The position numbers and the translations under genes are program-made. Shown in pieces: positions 31,628-41,889 of a stretch of 64,000 nucleotides of DNA. The stretch is from positions 186,001-250,000 of the forward strand of contig CBFFSA010000013.1 of the NCBI GenBank assembly GCA_965644495.1, read 5' to 3'. The DNA is from Perkinsela sp. CCAP 1560/9. Its lineage: Eukaryota > Protista > Euglenozoa: Kinetoplastea. The first letter of the stretch is position 1. Each line of letters opens with the position of its first letter. The notes under the pieces were generated by a model. The model ran no database searches, was not told the origin of the DNA, and worked only from the letters and a program-made list of their open reading frames with translations.

Positions 31628-34600
31628 TCAATATTGGTGAAACGCAGATACATCTTCCGGGCGTATGTTACAGCCCTTCAGCGTATTAAACAGTCGAATA
31701 GAGGTATCAAATCGTCGAGGGTGCGATTGCGGAGTTTTTCTTGCCGAACAAGGAACACCCTTTCCGGTCAAAATCCGGGGTTTGTCACTCATCCATATCC
31801 CTTCTTCGACAAGAAAAGTAAATACGTCTCTCATTGCAACACTAAAACTCACCAGACGTCCTGCAAGAGCTCGTGTGACGCGCAGAGACAGTGCCTCGAC
31901 GTTTGGTAGATCGCCTAAACGCAATCGACGACGAACAATCGCACGCCGATAAGGACTCAGATGTTTCACTTGGAGTTTGCGTATGTATTTCTGTGCGTTT
32001 TGTAATCTGTCAGAAGGAATGGCATTATCGAGAACAAATGGTGACACAGATCTATTGTGATCTCCAGAGTAGTTACTTTGTGAAACATTTTTTGTTGATT
32101 GCGCTTTTGATGGGACACCAAGTGCAGCGTTCATTAATTTGCGAAAATTGGAAAGTCCTTCAAAATCGAAGTCGGAGGATGCAAGGTCTGAAACTAAACA
32201 TCCCAGTGCGCCAGATGGTAAGTCCCCAATTCGCATTGACTTGTAACGCTGTAAGTAGGAAGATAATTCGCGTAATTCGTGCTCACTTTTTGAAAGATTC
32301 AGATGAGTGGAATCTAAACGTTGAAGTAGTGCATTTAATAAAGGCGTCCAGACGTAGTTCACTTTATTTGTTTCGTCATTTACAGAGCCTCGTCGAAGTT
32401 GTGATCTGATACGAGAAGCTAGGTTTAGTGAAACATTCTTCGAAAATCCGGGTAAGTCTGATGACTGAATATCTCTTTCGCTCTCTTGAAAATTAAACGT
32501 CCCGTCACGAAATTGGGTTAGCAGCTGTTCGATGCGACGAAGACGCCGCAGAAGAACGAGCACTGAGGCGCGAGTGCCCTCAACTACATCGTATATCGCC
32601 ACCCCCAATGAAGTATCTTTCGCGCTCAAGGGATTAAAAAAATGAGTTTGTAGAAAATGCGCAACGAGGCTAGTGGACCACGCCTCGGAACTCCTTGGTC
32701 CGTCTTCCCAGGAAACCCATTGCATCCAATGCGTAGAACTAGAGTTGAAATGCGAATTGAGCGCATAAAGCAGAGCATGCAGGCGAGAGGAAATATCTGA
32801 TTTCATGTTCAGTAATGCAACGTCGCTTGAATCACTTTGTTTTCCCCCAATGGCGGCTTCCTCGACAATCAATCTGTATACACCTTCGAGCGTTTCCCCT
32901 GCTAGATCGTTTTGTAAAACACTAGAAATATCTCCGGGAGATGTGATTTGTGACATTCTTTCCACAGAAAAATAAATTTGATCAGAAAGCGTGTTTACAC
33001 TTCGTATCCAAAGTTTTGCCAATAATTGCTTGCGCACTCCTGAGAAGGGTGCTGCATTGGTACGACCTGTATTCAGGTAGAGTAATGGAATCAGTTTTTT
33101 GTGGAAGTTATTTACTGTTTGATCGAATTGCCAACCGCTCAGACTATTCCCTCGGATAAAAGAGCGGTCGAATGCGTTCCATACAGTCAAGCCTGTACAT
33201 GACTCTTCACTTTTTATTGTCTGTAGAAAGGGCTCGATTTTATCGTCTTCGACTGGCCCGATACCATTCAATGATGGATCTATGGTGCTGGGTGCTGTAA
33301 AAAGCCGAAATGGAAGATCCTCTTTGCATAGTTCGAAATAAAAGTTTGAACGTGCATCAGAAATAGCGCGCAATAAATTTGAAATGGCAGCTTGATTAGG
33401 ATATGTTTGCTTTAACTGGCAACTTTCTATCTTGCCACGCGTAATACGTTCCCTGTATACCGGAAGGGCCCTTCGGTTTTGGTAACATGCTGATCTCAAG
33501 AAGTCATGATCTTCTTCCTTTCTTGATTTTCTCCTCGCTTGAGGAATCGTGTTGGCAGGATAAATTCTTGCGTCGGAAGTACGCAAACCACCCTCATCAT
33601 CATCTTCACATCGCATTGCCGAGCTTGAATCGAGTAGGGTTTCAAATTGCCGAATCGCATATTGAATTAAACTCAGCACTGGAGGCAACGTATTAGAAAA
33701 GAGGTCTACTATAGTTTTCGATACCATCTTTTCGCTGCAGCATGTCTGGGCAAGGTAATTTAAACGAACGAGTTCGTTCTCGTATTCACTTTGTAGCGCG
33801 AAGAGATCTTCTGCTACCCACGCCATGCCGGACTCCGAAGATGAATTCTGCATCTCGTAAATAGCAGGGGACGAATCTTGCGGTTCCTCACATAAGCTAC
33901 GGTAATAGTTCACTAACGATCCAGAAATCATGTTCAGAGCATGACGAAAAAACTGTATGCACTCAAAAACATAATCGAATACGACTCCATTACTACAAGC
34001 TGGGATCCGCTGTGACGGAATGTCATACTTATGGTCACGGCTGTCGCGTGCAGTGTCGAGAAGAAAAGAGATTAGATCTTTTCTGCCTCGAGCCGCGTAT
34101 CCGTACTGCAATGTGTGATGTTGTGCTCGACGCGAACTGGCGTCACTGTACCCTTTCTCTCTCATACTTTCTGCGCTATGCTGCAATTTTGCAAAAGCGC
34201 GGTGCAATTCATTCCAATCGGACGGGTCTGATGGGAGTGGATCCTCGAATGGATCTTCGATGTTTCGAAAACCTGGCGGCGTGTTGCCCGAAAGTAACGC
34301 TATCAAAAAGGTCGTACATTTTTCTATCGAACTCATGTGTTGCTTTGTGGTTAATGAATCAATCAGGAGAGAGTAGTCTGCCTGAGCACGTAGTAATTGC
34401 AACGTAAGCTGTACCCGAAGACGGCGCGCAATCTCGAAAGCAACCAAATTTTCTCGAACCATAAATTGTGTGAGAGCGTGGAGCACTATATTATGTGCTG
34501 TCGCAGTCTGGTTAAGCAACTGAGGGTCATCCTCTGCCGAGAGTGAAAATTTCGTGGGAGTTAAGCGAGGAGATATTTCTTCTTTTTCGGAGGCCGATAT

Positions 34601-34864
34601 TGCAATGACGTCCGTTTGATCCCGACAGCTTTCTTCATCAGACGGGGCGAACACAATTGGAAGAAGATACAGCAATCTGCCCTCCAGAATTTCCGTGGAA
34701 ATGGAGTCATCGCTAAGAGCTCTATGGAGTGTACGTAACTGTTGGTGTGAATAAGCAGGCGGAGACTGTCTATGTAACTCCTCGACTGCAGCTACAGATT
34801 CGGCTGAAAATAGAATCACTACCAAGCTTATAAACAGACAGGTACTGCGACACCGAATTATCAT
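31628..34864 (-). CDS. Large hypothetical secreted protein (1078 aa)
   Basis: Long ORF on the cluster strand; signal peptide CLFISLVVILFSAESVA; no known domain recognised. Confidence 0.8.
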   Translation of the reverse strand: MIIRCRSTCLFISLVVILFSAESVAAVEELHRQSPPAYSHQQLRTLHRALSDDSISTEILEGRLLYLLPIVFAPSDEESCRDQTDVIAISASEKEEISPRLTPTKFSLSAEDDPQLLNQTATAHNIVLHALTQFMVRENLVAFEIARRLRVQLTLQLLRAQADYSLLIDSLTTKQHMSSIEKCTTFLIALLSGNTPPGFRNIEDPFEDPLPSDPSDWNELHRAFAKLQHSAESMREKGYSDASSRRAQHHTLQYGYAARGRKDLISFLLDTARDSRDHKYDIPSQRIPACSNGVVFDYVFECIQFFRHALNMISGSLVNYYRSLCEEPQDSSPAIYEMQNSSSESGMAWVAEDLFALQSEYENELVRLNYLAQTCCSEKMVSKTIVDLFSNTLPPVLSLIQYAIRQFETLLDSSSAMRCEDDDEGGLRTSDARIYPANTIPQARRKSRKEEDHDFLRSACYQNRRALPVYRERITRGKIESCQLKQTYPNQAAISNLLRAISDARSNFYFELCKEDLPFRLFTAPSTIDPSLNGIGPVEDDKIEPFLQTIKSEESCTGLTVWNAFDRSFIRGNSLSGWQFDQTVNNFHKKLIPLLYLNTGRTNAAPFSGVRKQLLAKLWIRSVNTLSDQIYFSVERMSQITSPGDISSVLQNDLAGETLEGVYRLIVEEAAIGGKQSDSSDVALLNMKSDISSRLHALLYALNSHFNSSSTHWMQWVSWEDGPRSSEAWSTSLVAHFLQTHFFNPLSAKDTSLGVAIYDVVEGTRASVLVLLRRLRRIEQLLTQFRDGTFNFQESERDIQSSDLPGFSKNVSLNLASRIRSQLRRGSVNDETNKVNYVWTPLLNALLQRLDSTHLNLSKSEHELRELSSYLQRYKSMRIGDLPSGALGCLVSDLASSDFDFEGLSNFRKLMNAALGVPSKAQSTKNVSQSNYSGDHNRSVSPFVLDNAIPSDRLQNAQKYIRKLQVKHLSPYRRAIVRRRLRLGDLPNVEALSLRVTRALAGRLVSFSVAMRDVFTFLVEEGIWMSDKPRILTGKGVPCSARKTPQSHPRRFDTSIRLFNTLKGCNIRPEDVSAFHQY

Positions 34865-35267
34865 GTCGTTAAAAAGTACAGTTAGACATGGTTTGGTGCA
34901 AAATGGATAGAAATAGGGTACAAAGGGACTAATAATTACTCTTGATGCAGTGGTAGTTGAATAGTGCGTATGAGATTATTGATACAGAGCTGATAACAAG
35001 AACAACATCGACGCGATAAAATACGCAGATTAATCGTGTGCGAGCAATTTTCTATAACATGAATTCACCGGGTGCTTACGTAATGTACCTCGCTTTTAAT
35101 AATTTCCATGCGCAAAGCTACGCATCTTTATCCCACAAAAAACAAGAGCTACTTTACTATCTATTTCATACAAAAAAACTGTACAACTACAATATATTCC
35201 TGACTATATTCCTATCGGTGTGTCCACAGACACGATTATTCGCACCGAATTACATACATAACACCTC

Positions 35268-38200
35268 CTAGTCATCATGCACTATAAAAGATCCCGTCAC
35301 GGAAAACGGGGGAGGGGCACTCGACCCGTTACTCGGACCGCCACGGGTTTCATTTTTCTTCTTTTCCTCCCCCTCCTGCACTGCCATAGTGCCTGTGGTA
35401 TCGGAACTTGTTGCGCCCAGCCCAGAGGAAGACACGGGGATGGCCTTGGCCGCACCTGGATGCCGCCGGGCTAAATTTTCCGACCCTGCACGTGGCGTGG
35501 TGGCCACTCGAGACTCCGGATCACACAACAACTCGAGCACTTGTGATTTCCATTTCGGAGTCTGCGGTAAGGGACTCTCGCCCTCGTGGGACGCAATCCC
35601 GAGCGCAAAATGCAGTACAGGGAGAACATGCTCGCGGTAGAATGTATTTCGCAGCGCCACATACCGTGACAGTGCCGGGGAGATGGCATCCGCAATATCC
35701 TCCGCCTGCTGCGCCCCTCCGGCCGACAACGTCGAGGCCTCCACCAAATTCGCGGACAGCAGCGCGGCCTCCCCGACTTTCTTCGCCTCCTGGAGCGCTC
35801 TCACCAACGTAGCTTTCTGCACCCTCATCTGGGACTGCTGCATCACCCCCCGCTTCACGGGGCGAGTCCCTCTCTCCACACTCTCCACCATACGATCCAC
35901 AAACGAGGCAAACTGACCTAAAAACCCTGTCTCTCGCCACAACCCACGTTGAATCACCATCACGTGCCGTAACACTTTCACCTTGGACAGCCCCGACAAA
36001 CTTTGTACCAACCCATGTCGAAACTGGTTTTGTACTTTTTTCGAATCCTCTACCGCTTTTTCCTTGTCTCCTTTTCGTCCTTCTTTTTCCTGTCTTATCC
36101 CCTCCCCCCTGACCACCACCGCCACCGGCAGCGGGATCGCCCCCGCCTCCCCGGCCCACGCGTGGAGCATACACGCCTTGATCTCCAGGTTGCGCCGGTC
36201 CTTGTTCCCGACCCCCACCGGGGGGCGCAGCGCGCGGAAGAGCTCCTCGGTGAGGTGACGACGGAACGGGGCGCCGTCCTTGCTGGGGGCGTTGCGGACT
36301 TCGGTGAGGACCTCGAGAAGGGCACGGAGACGGTGGCGCTCGAGCTGGGGACCGGTGAGAAGAGTGGAGGGGTGGAGGGTGGAGAGGCGGGAGCCCTTGC
36401 GCACGGCCCGGGTACGGCGGGAGGAAGAGGAGGAAGAGATAGAGGGGTTGAACAGATGAGAGGCGGTACGTTTGTGGTGTACAACAGTCGGTTTTTGGGG
36501 GGATTTGAGGTGACTGGGGTATCGGGAGGAGGGGGTTTCGGGGATGTCCTCACTTGCGGAGAGGGGAGTTGAGGAGGGGATTTTGGTGTCGGGTTTTGGG
36601 GTTTTGGATGCTGTTGCTTCTTCCCCTTCTAAGGCGGCATTGGTGTTGAGAGTTTCAAGGGCGACGGCGGTGGTGAGGGATTCTAGGACGGAGGAGACCC
36701 CGAGACGGTGAAAATCCAGAGCCAGGTCGACGACAGCTTCGACCTCAGCGCGAACAATGCTCTCGCGATGGGGTCCGAGTACGGGGGCGAAACGGCGGGC
36801 TTGGAGTAAGGGTGCGCGTAACGTCGCCTCGCTTTCGAATACGATGGGGCCGTCGTAGAGATCTTCCCACTCAAAGGCTTCTTGTAGAATGTTCTCCCGC
36901 AAGAGACGCACGTCCTCTTCTTTCGGGACGGACTCCGATACTCCTGACACGACCGAAATCCCTTGACTGGGTAGCACATTGAGAAAATCCCCCACAGCGG
37001 TGTCCCAGCGCGTATAAACCTGTGTACGACGTCGTTGGACGAGATCTAGTACATGGAGAAGAGAACGCTCATGAACGGGGGCTACTAAGAGCGATTTCCC
37101 TGACTCAATCTGGGCGGGGTTCATTTTGCTTTGTTCCACACGTAGCCGCACGACGACACCCAGGGCGTTTTGCAACTCATTGGTACCGTCCACCAAGGCG
37201 GCTGTGACGGAGTGGTGAAAAGTTTTCGCCGCGTCTCGGATAGGGTCCTCGAAGACGGAGCGCAGCGAGGAGGGGGCCTCCCGCTTCTCCTGCTCTGTTG
37301 CGGTACATATTTTCGTCTTTATAATATCCATGGCATCGTAGGTGTTGATTTCTGTTTTCAGAGCGAGCTCAATTTCAGAAAGGGGGACGCGAAGAAGGTC
37401 GCGCACGTGGGTGGCGGCTTCAAGTTCAGAAGCAGAGCCTGCGTCGTCGGAGGTGAGGGAGCGATCGTTTAGGAATTGCCGCGCTGTTTCGTGTTGGATA
37501 CCTACCCCGGACCACTGCCGAGAGGTTAACATTATTCTTCTCCACCCATTCGTGACTTTTTCAACACTCTCTGTGCGGCTCTCTGCTTTGTGCTGTGATG
37601 ATGCAAGCGACAGGATGTACGATGCCAGGCTTTTGATTTCGGTAAGTTGAGGAGCGAGAGTAAATTCTTCCTGAAACAGGGGTGGGACATCTTGCACATC
37701 AACAGCAGCACGGAGCACAATACTTTCCAACAGAAGCCGTCGTTCAAGGGCTCTGGCTACCCGCTTTCTGGTGCCCATTAAAGAGCGAAAAAATTGAGCC
37801 AAGCGCCTTCGCTTGCGAGCTGCGTTGTCCTCATCATCGTCGGATGCAGGGGAGGAGGAGAGTGAGCCTAGTTTTTCGAAGCCTCGGGGACCAAAAGCCA
37901 CGTAGCGCATCACATCTTGGAGTAAATAAGACTTACCGTCCGGCAACGCCTCTGCGTCGGCAGATTTGGGGCCTTGCTTCGCACAGAAAGCCTCCTCTTT
38001 TTCTGGGGAAATAAAAATTTCTTGTACAGCTTTTAGAGCTTCCTCCTCATTTAGTCGAGAGCCGTGTAGAAAAGCCATAGTTCGTGGGCTCTCCGTTTGC
38101 GATGATGATGGTTCTCCTGGGGATTTTAAATTGATCTTCGAAACAGATGTAAAACCCAAGGCCTGGCCCAAAGATGGAGGTTTAGAACCCTCCACGCCGC

Positions 38201-38594
38201 CTTCGCTGCTTTCGATCACATCGTCCACAACATCTTTCCTCGTATCACCGGGCGAGCAATTCGAAGAAGAAAACGGGAAGCACATGACGGAAGAAATGAT
38301 GCCACAAATTCTCTGAAGCACTTGTACAAAGAATATGAAAATTCGACGAAAAACGCTTACAGAAGGTGGAAAATCTTCCACCGATTCGCCATCGGTGGAA
38401 GATTTAAAGAACTCCTGCTCGTTAGAGACTCCGGAGCCGATGTCGTCAACTTCGGCCTTAGCAGAAACACGTTGAAGTGACGACAGGCTCAGCAGAGATC
38501 CTTTTAACGTTGGCCGAGGTACATCACGCCTAGGCACCAGACAGCACACCAGAAGAGCGACAGCGACATGAAACCAACGGCAACTAAGCTTCAT
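35268..38594 (-). CDS. Large hypothetical secreted or membrane protein (1108 aa)
   Basis: Hydrophobic N-terminus; Cys-containing amphipathic segment ending SSVMCFP. Confidence 0.8.
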   Translation of the reverse strand: MKLSCRWFHVAVALLVCCLVPRRDVPRPTLKGSLLSLSSLQRVSAKAEVDDIGSGVSNEQEFFKSSTDGESVEDFPPSVSVFRRIFIFFVQVLQRICGIISSVMCFPFSSSNCSPGDTRKDVVDDVIESSEGGVEGSKPPSLGQALGFTSVSKINLKSPGEPSSSQTESPRTMAFLHGSRLNEEEALKAVQEIFISPEKEEAFCAKQGPKSADAEALPDGKSYLLQDVMRYVAFGPRGFEKLGSLSSSPASDDDEDNAARKRRRLAQFFRSLMGTRKRVARALERRLLLESIVLRAAVDVQDVPPLFQEEFTLAPQLTEIKSLASYILSLASSQHKAESRTESVEKVTNGWRRIMLTSRQWSGVGIQHETARQFLNDRSLTSDDAGSASELEAATHVRDLLRVPLSEIELALKTEINTYDAMDIIKTKICTATEQEKREAPSSLRSVFEDPIRDAAKTFHHSVTAALVDGTNELQNALGVVVRLRVEQSKMNPAQIESGKSLLVAPVHERSLLHVLDLVQRRRTQVYTRWDTAVGDFLNVLPSQGISVVSGVSESVPKEEDVRLLRENILQEAFEWEDLYDGPIVFESEATLRAPLLQARRFAPVLGPHRESIVRAEVEAVVDLALDFHRLGVSSVLESLTTAVALETLNTNAALEGEEATASKTPKPDTKIPSSTPLSASEDIPETPSSRYPSHLKSPQKPTVVHHKRTASHLFNPSISSSSSSRRTRAVRKGSRLSTLHPSTLLTGPQLERHRLRALLEVLTEVRNAPSKDGAPFRRHLTEELFRALRPPVGVGNKDRRNLEIKACMLHAWAGEAGAIPLPVAVVVRGEGIRQEKEGRKGDKEKAVEDSKKVQNQFRHGLVQSLSGLSKVKVLRHVMVIQRGLWRETGFLGQFASFVDRMVESVERGTRPVKRGVMQQSQMRVQKATLVRALQEAKKVGEAALLSANLVEASTLSAGGAQQAEDIADAISPALSRYVALRNTFYREHVLPVLHFALGIASHEGESPLPQTPKWKSQVLELLCDPESRVATTPRAGSENLARRHPGAAKAIPVSSSGLGATSSDTTGTMAVQEGEEKKKNETRGGPSNGSSAPPPFSVTGSFIVHDD

Positions 38595-38894
38595 AGGATA
38601 ATCTTTGTCTAGGCAAGCAAATATCCTTGATTTTGCTTTAACTGATAGAAAATACTGAGGATAAAAATTACTAAAGAAAGAATAGGCAATGCAGTGGCAT
38701 ACACTATTCTATACAATGCAAGTCATGCCGTTATTAAATTATATAAATTTTAGGTAGTGTGGAACCATTATCCCTTTTACTACAATTGTCTGTACAAAAC
38801 ACATCATCACAACATATTTTATGAGAGGAAGTGGTGAAATAAGAAATAAATGCACGCCTACTGCAGAGTGAAGTGAAGTGCAACCAGCGAACCA

Positions 38895-39965
38895 TTAGTT
38901 CTCTTCTTCAGGATTCGATGATCCGCTTCCGTCACTGGATAGAGCGCTAGTCTCCGTACCTGGGCAGTCCCCGAGTTCTACTTTTGGTTCGACTTCTGAA
39001 GGATCTGTTGAATGAGTTGTACTTTTTTTTATGGATGAAAAATCGAACTGGTGAACCTGTTCCGTCGTTTCTATATTTTCCCCACCAGACGTCGGAGGAT
39101 ACAACTTAAGGCCTTTTTGAGGTTGCTTGGGAGGTGAAAACCCACCCGGGTAATATGAAAAATTGGGTAAAGGAGCTGAAGCATGAGGCTCTAGGTAGTC
39201 CGGAGTCGTTTCTACTTGTGTTCGTGATGCTCCTTCAAATACAGGTTTATCATCTACGAGTGTGGAGCTCTCGTCCCCGTCCGAGTCACTCGTTCTCTGC
39301 ATTTCAGATGGCATTGTACTCTGATTCTTCACCGTAGACGGGGGTTGTTTTTGCGCAAGAGGAGGCTCGGCTTCGGAATACACTTCCCGTATCCCCTCCA
39401 TCATCTGGTTAAATTCAGTAACTAACTCGGTTACACCCTCCACGACACCGTCGAAAATTCCCATCGAGGAGGAAAATACTGTGGAGACGGAGCACACGGG
39501 GAAGCACCCGACACTGGACACGCAACAGCATAGATGGATGAGAAGACTAAGGAAGAAATGGAAAACAGTGCTAAGAATTCCAAGAGGTGGCGGCGGGGGT
39601 TCATCAGGCACGGTACGGTCATACCTTGGCAGGGAGCGCTGGTAGAGCTTCTGTGAGGAATCCGCGTCTGTGTTATATGCAATGTCCGCTACAATACGAT
39701 CCGCTTCAACCGAAGTGATGGAATGAAGTAAGGAAGAGCTTCCAATGATGGGAGATGAAAGTCCAGGGCAGATTGTGAGAAAAAGTACTGTGAAAGTGTG
39801 AAGCGAAGGAAAAAGCATGGAGGTGAATGCGCGTCTAAAGAATATGGAGAAAAACGAAAAGTTACTTGGCAATACGAAAAAGTGGAGTAAAAGGAATCGG
39901 TACATAGCAATCGGCATAAAAATGAGGTAACTTTTGTCCGCTGTGCAGCCGGATAGACACTTCAT
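38895..39965 (-). CDS. Hypothetical secreted or membrane protein; probable start at 39818
   Basis: Signal peptide MLFPSLHTFTVLFLTICPGLSS; segment ending SSVGCFP shared with the neighbour; disordered acidic tail. Confidence 0.7.
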   Translation of the reverse strand: MKCLSGCTADKSYLIFMPIAMYRFLLLHFFVLPSNFSFFSIFFRRAFTSMLFPSLHTFTVLFLTICPGLSSPIIGSSSLLHSITSVEADRIVADIAYNTDADSSQKLYQRSLPRYDRTVPDEPPPPPLGILSTVFHFFLSLLIHLCCCVSSVGCFPVCSVSTVFSSSMGIFDGVVEGVTELVTEFNQMMEGIREVYSEAEPPLAQKQPPSTVKNQSTMPSEMQRTSDSDGDESSTLVDDKPVFEGASRTQVETTPDYLEPHASAPLPNFSYYPGGFSPPKQPQKGLKLYPPTSGGENIETTEQVHQFDFSSIKKSTTHSTDPSEVEPKVELGDCPGTETSALSSDGSGSSNPEEEN

Positions 39966-40248
39966 CCCAAACTGTGCGAGGGAATCGAATAAGTCCCTTT
40001 CTACACTTTATTATGGCTACTACTAACTTCCCGTCCGGGTTAATGTACCCCGCGGTACAATAATTAGCTACAGGTGCAATATAAATTCCGAAAATAGTGC
40101 AAAAAAATCTCAGAATACAATGGAACGCATTTTTTTAGATTTCGTATTTATGCTCCGTACAATGCGTCCGCCTGCTGACGATGAGTTCTTCTAAGATGAA
40201 TTCTCCTCTCCGGGTTCTGAGAAGTACAGTACTGTATGTGGGTGGTAT

Positions 40249-40617
40249 CTAGTATGTGGGTAGATCTCTGAGAAAGTGGGTGGTATTCCAGAGGCGATCC
40301 ACTTTCCTGAAAATGGTGGTATACAAGAGACATTGCCAATAACTGTGGAAGACCTGGGACCCAACGTAACAATGCGTGCATACCTTGATGTTGCCTTCCT
40401 CGGTCCTCCCACACTCGTAAAACGTGCGTATAGGATTTGTTACTGGCAGCATCTGTATACACGAGATAATGGATTTCTAAGTCTCACTCGTTCAAAACAG
40501 CACCGTATACTTCAGACTACAAGAGCGTAGTGTTCAACCTTGTAAAATCATCTGTCTGACCTCTAGAGTTCGTGTTTGCGATTTTGTTAACGGAACCCCG
40601 AGATAATGTACGATCTT
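40249..40617 (-). pseudogene. Degenerate non-LTR retrotransposon relic (L1/Tx1-like RT end plus CCHC finger)
   Basis: One frame with three stops: VHYLGVPLT...IQMLPV...VCTHCYVGSQVFHSYWQC. Confidence 0.45.
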
Positions 40618-41889
40618 CTACCTGATTTCTTCCCGTAAACCTCGAGAGAGAACTCACACAACTGTTGTTGCTGACATCGTCACACAGCGGATCTCGGCGT
40701 TTGTCCCCCGATGCGCGACGATCTTGGGACGGCTGGGCTTCACAGCCGGGACGACTTTTCCGCCTGTTATCCCCTTGAAACCGTTTCGGGGCATATTCCT
40801 TGTTCGCGGCCAGCGTCTGCAGACGAAGTCGTCCCATCGTGCTCAGTCGGATCGTTTTCTCCTGGGGGATATGTGAGCCTTGAGTATGGGGCAGAGTCCA
40901 GGTGCGGCCTACGCGAGCAAGATCACGCACGTCGCTGTGTTTGACACGGCGAAAGGCTTCTTGTACCATTCGCTGGGCAGGGTTGGAGCGGCCGCGGATG
41001 AGATTCCCTCGAACATGACGTCCAATGGCATAGGCCTTGGCAGACATGAACTGTACTGGATTGCGAATGTACATTCGATACGTTCTTGTAAAAAGTAAAA
41101 GTAGTCGCAGAAGTAGTAGAGTTCGTCAAAGACATGCTGCAAAAATTCAGAACCTTCATAAGACATATCTTCATATGAAAAAAAGCTTATGTAAACAACT
41201 GACTGTGCCCCCCCACTTATAGTGCCGCGGTTTTCGACCAAACGGCACTATAAGTCCCGGACCCAACATAGACGCTGCTATCAGAGAGCATGTAAAACCC
41301 GTAAATGTGAGGCACTCCGTATCATTCGTAATGGGAAAAATGGACATTGGTGAAAAAACCTATTTATGAGGATGCAAGAACGTAGATCCAAGAGTGGAAG
41401 GTGAAGGCAACAATACAAAAGTAATAAAAAACAGGAGAAAGAGAAAGATTTTTAGGCAAAACAAAATGCCCATCGAAAAAAAATTCGCCGCTTCGCGGCG
41501 GAAAGGCCGAATAAGACAGCGATCGGCAGAATATGGCAGAATACGGCAGAATAGCCAGTTGCCTCCCCTCTATATTAGGGCCTTATCATAAACACATTAT
41601 CAATGTAAACTATGCGATCGGGGAATCCATAGCTATTGGTTCAGCGAACCCACTGAACTACCAGCGAACCACCAGCGAACCAAGCGAACCACTTTTTGTG
41701 CTAAGCAGTACCACGCAGTAGAAATGGTTTACTCGATGTTACAAAGCAATATTCAACTTATCTTTTTTTCCTTATGTAGTTAGGGTAATTCATCATGGAA
41801 TAATCGTCTTTAAAAAATAGACTCTCTCGAGGTCAACGATGACATGGTATTTAGGACAGTAAATACATGAGTTAATTGACAGCTACGAG

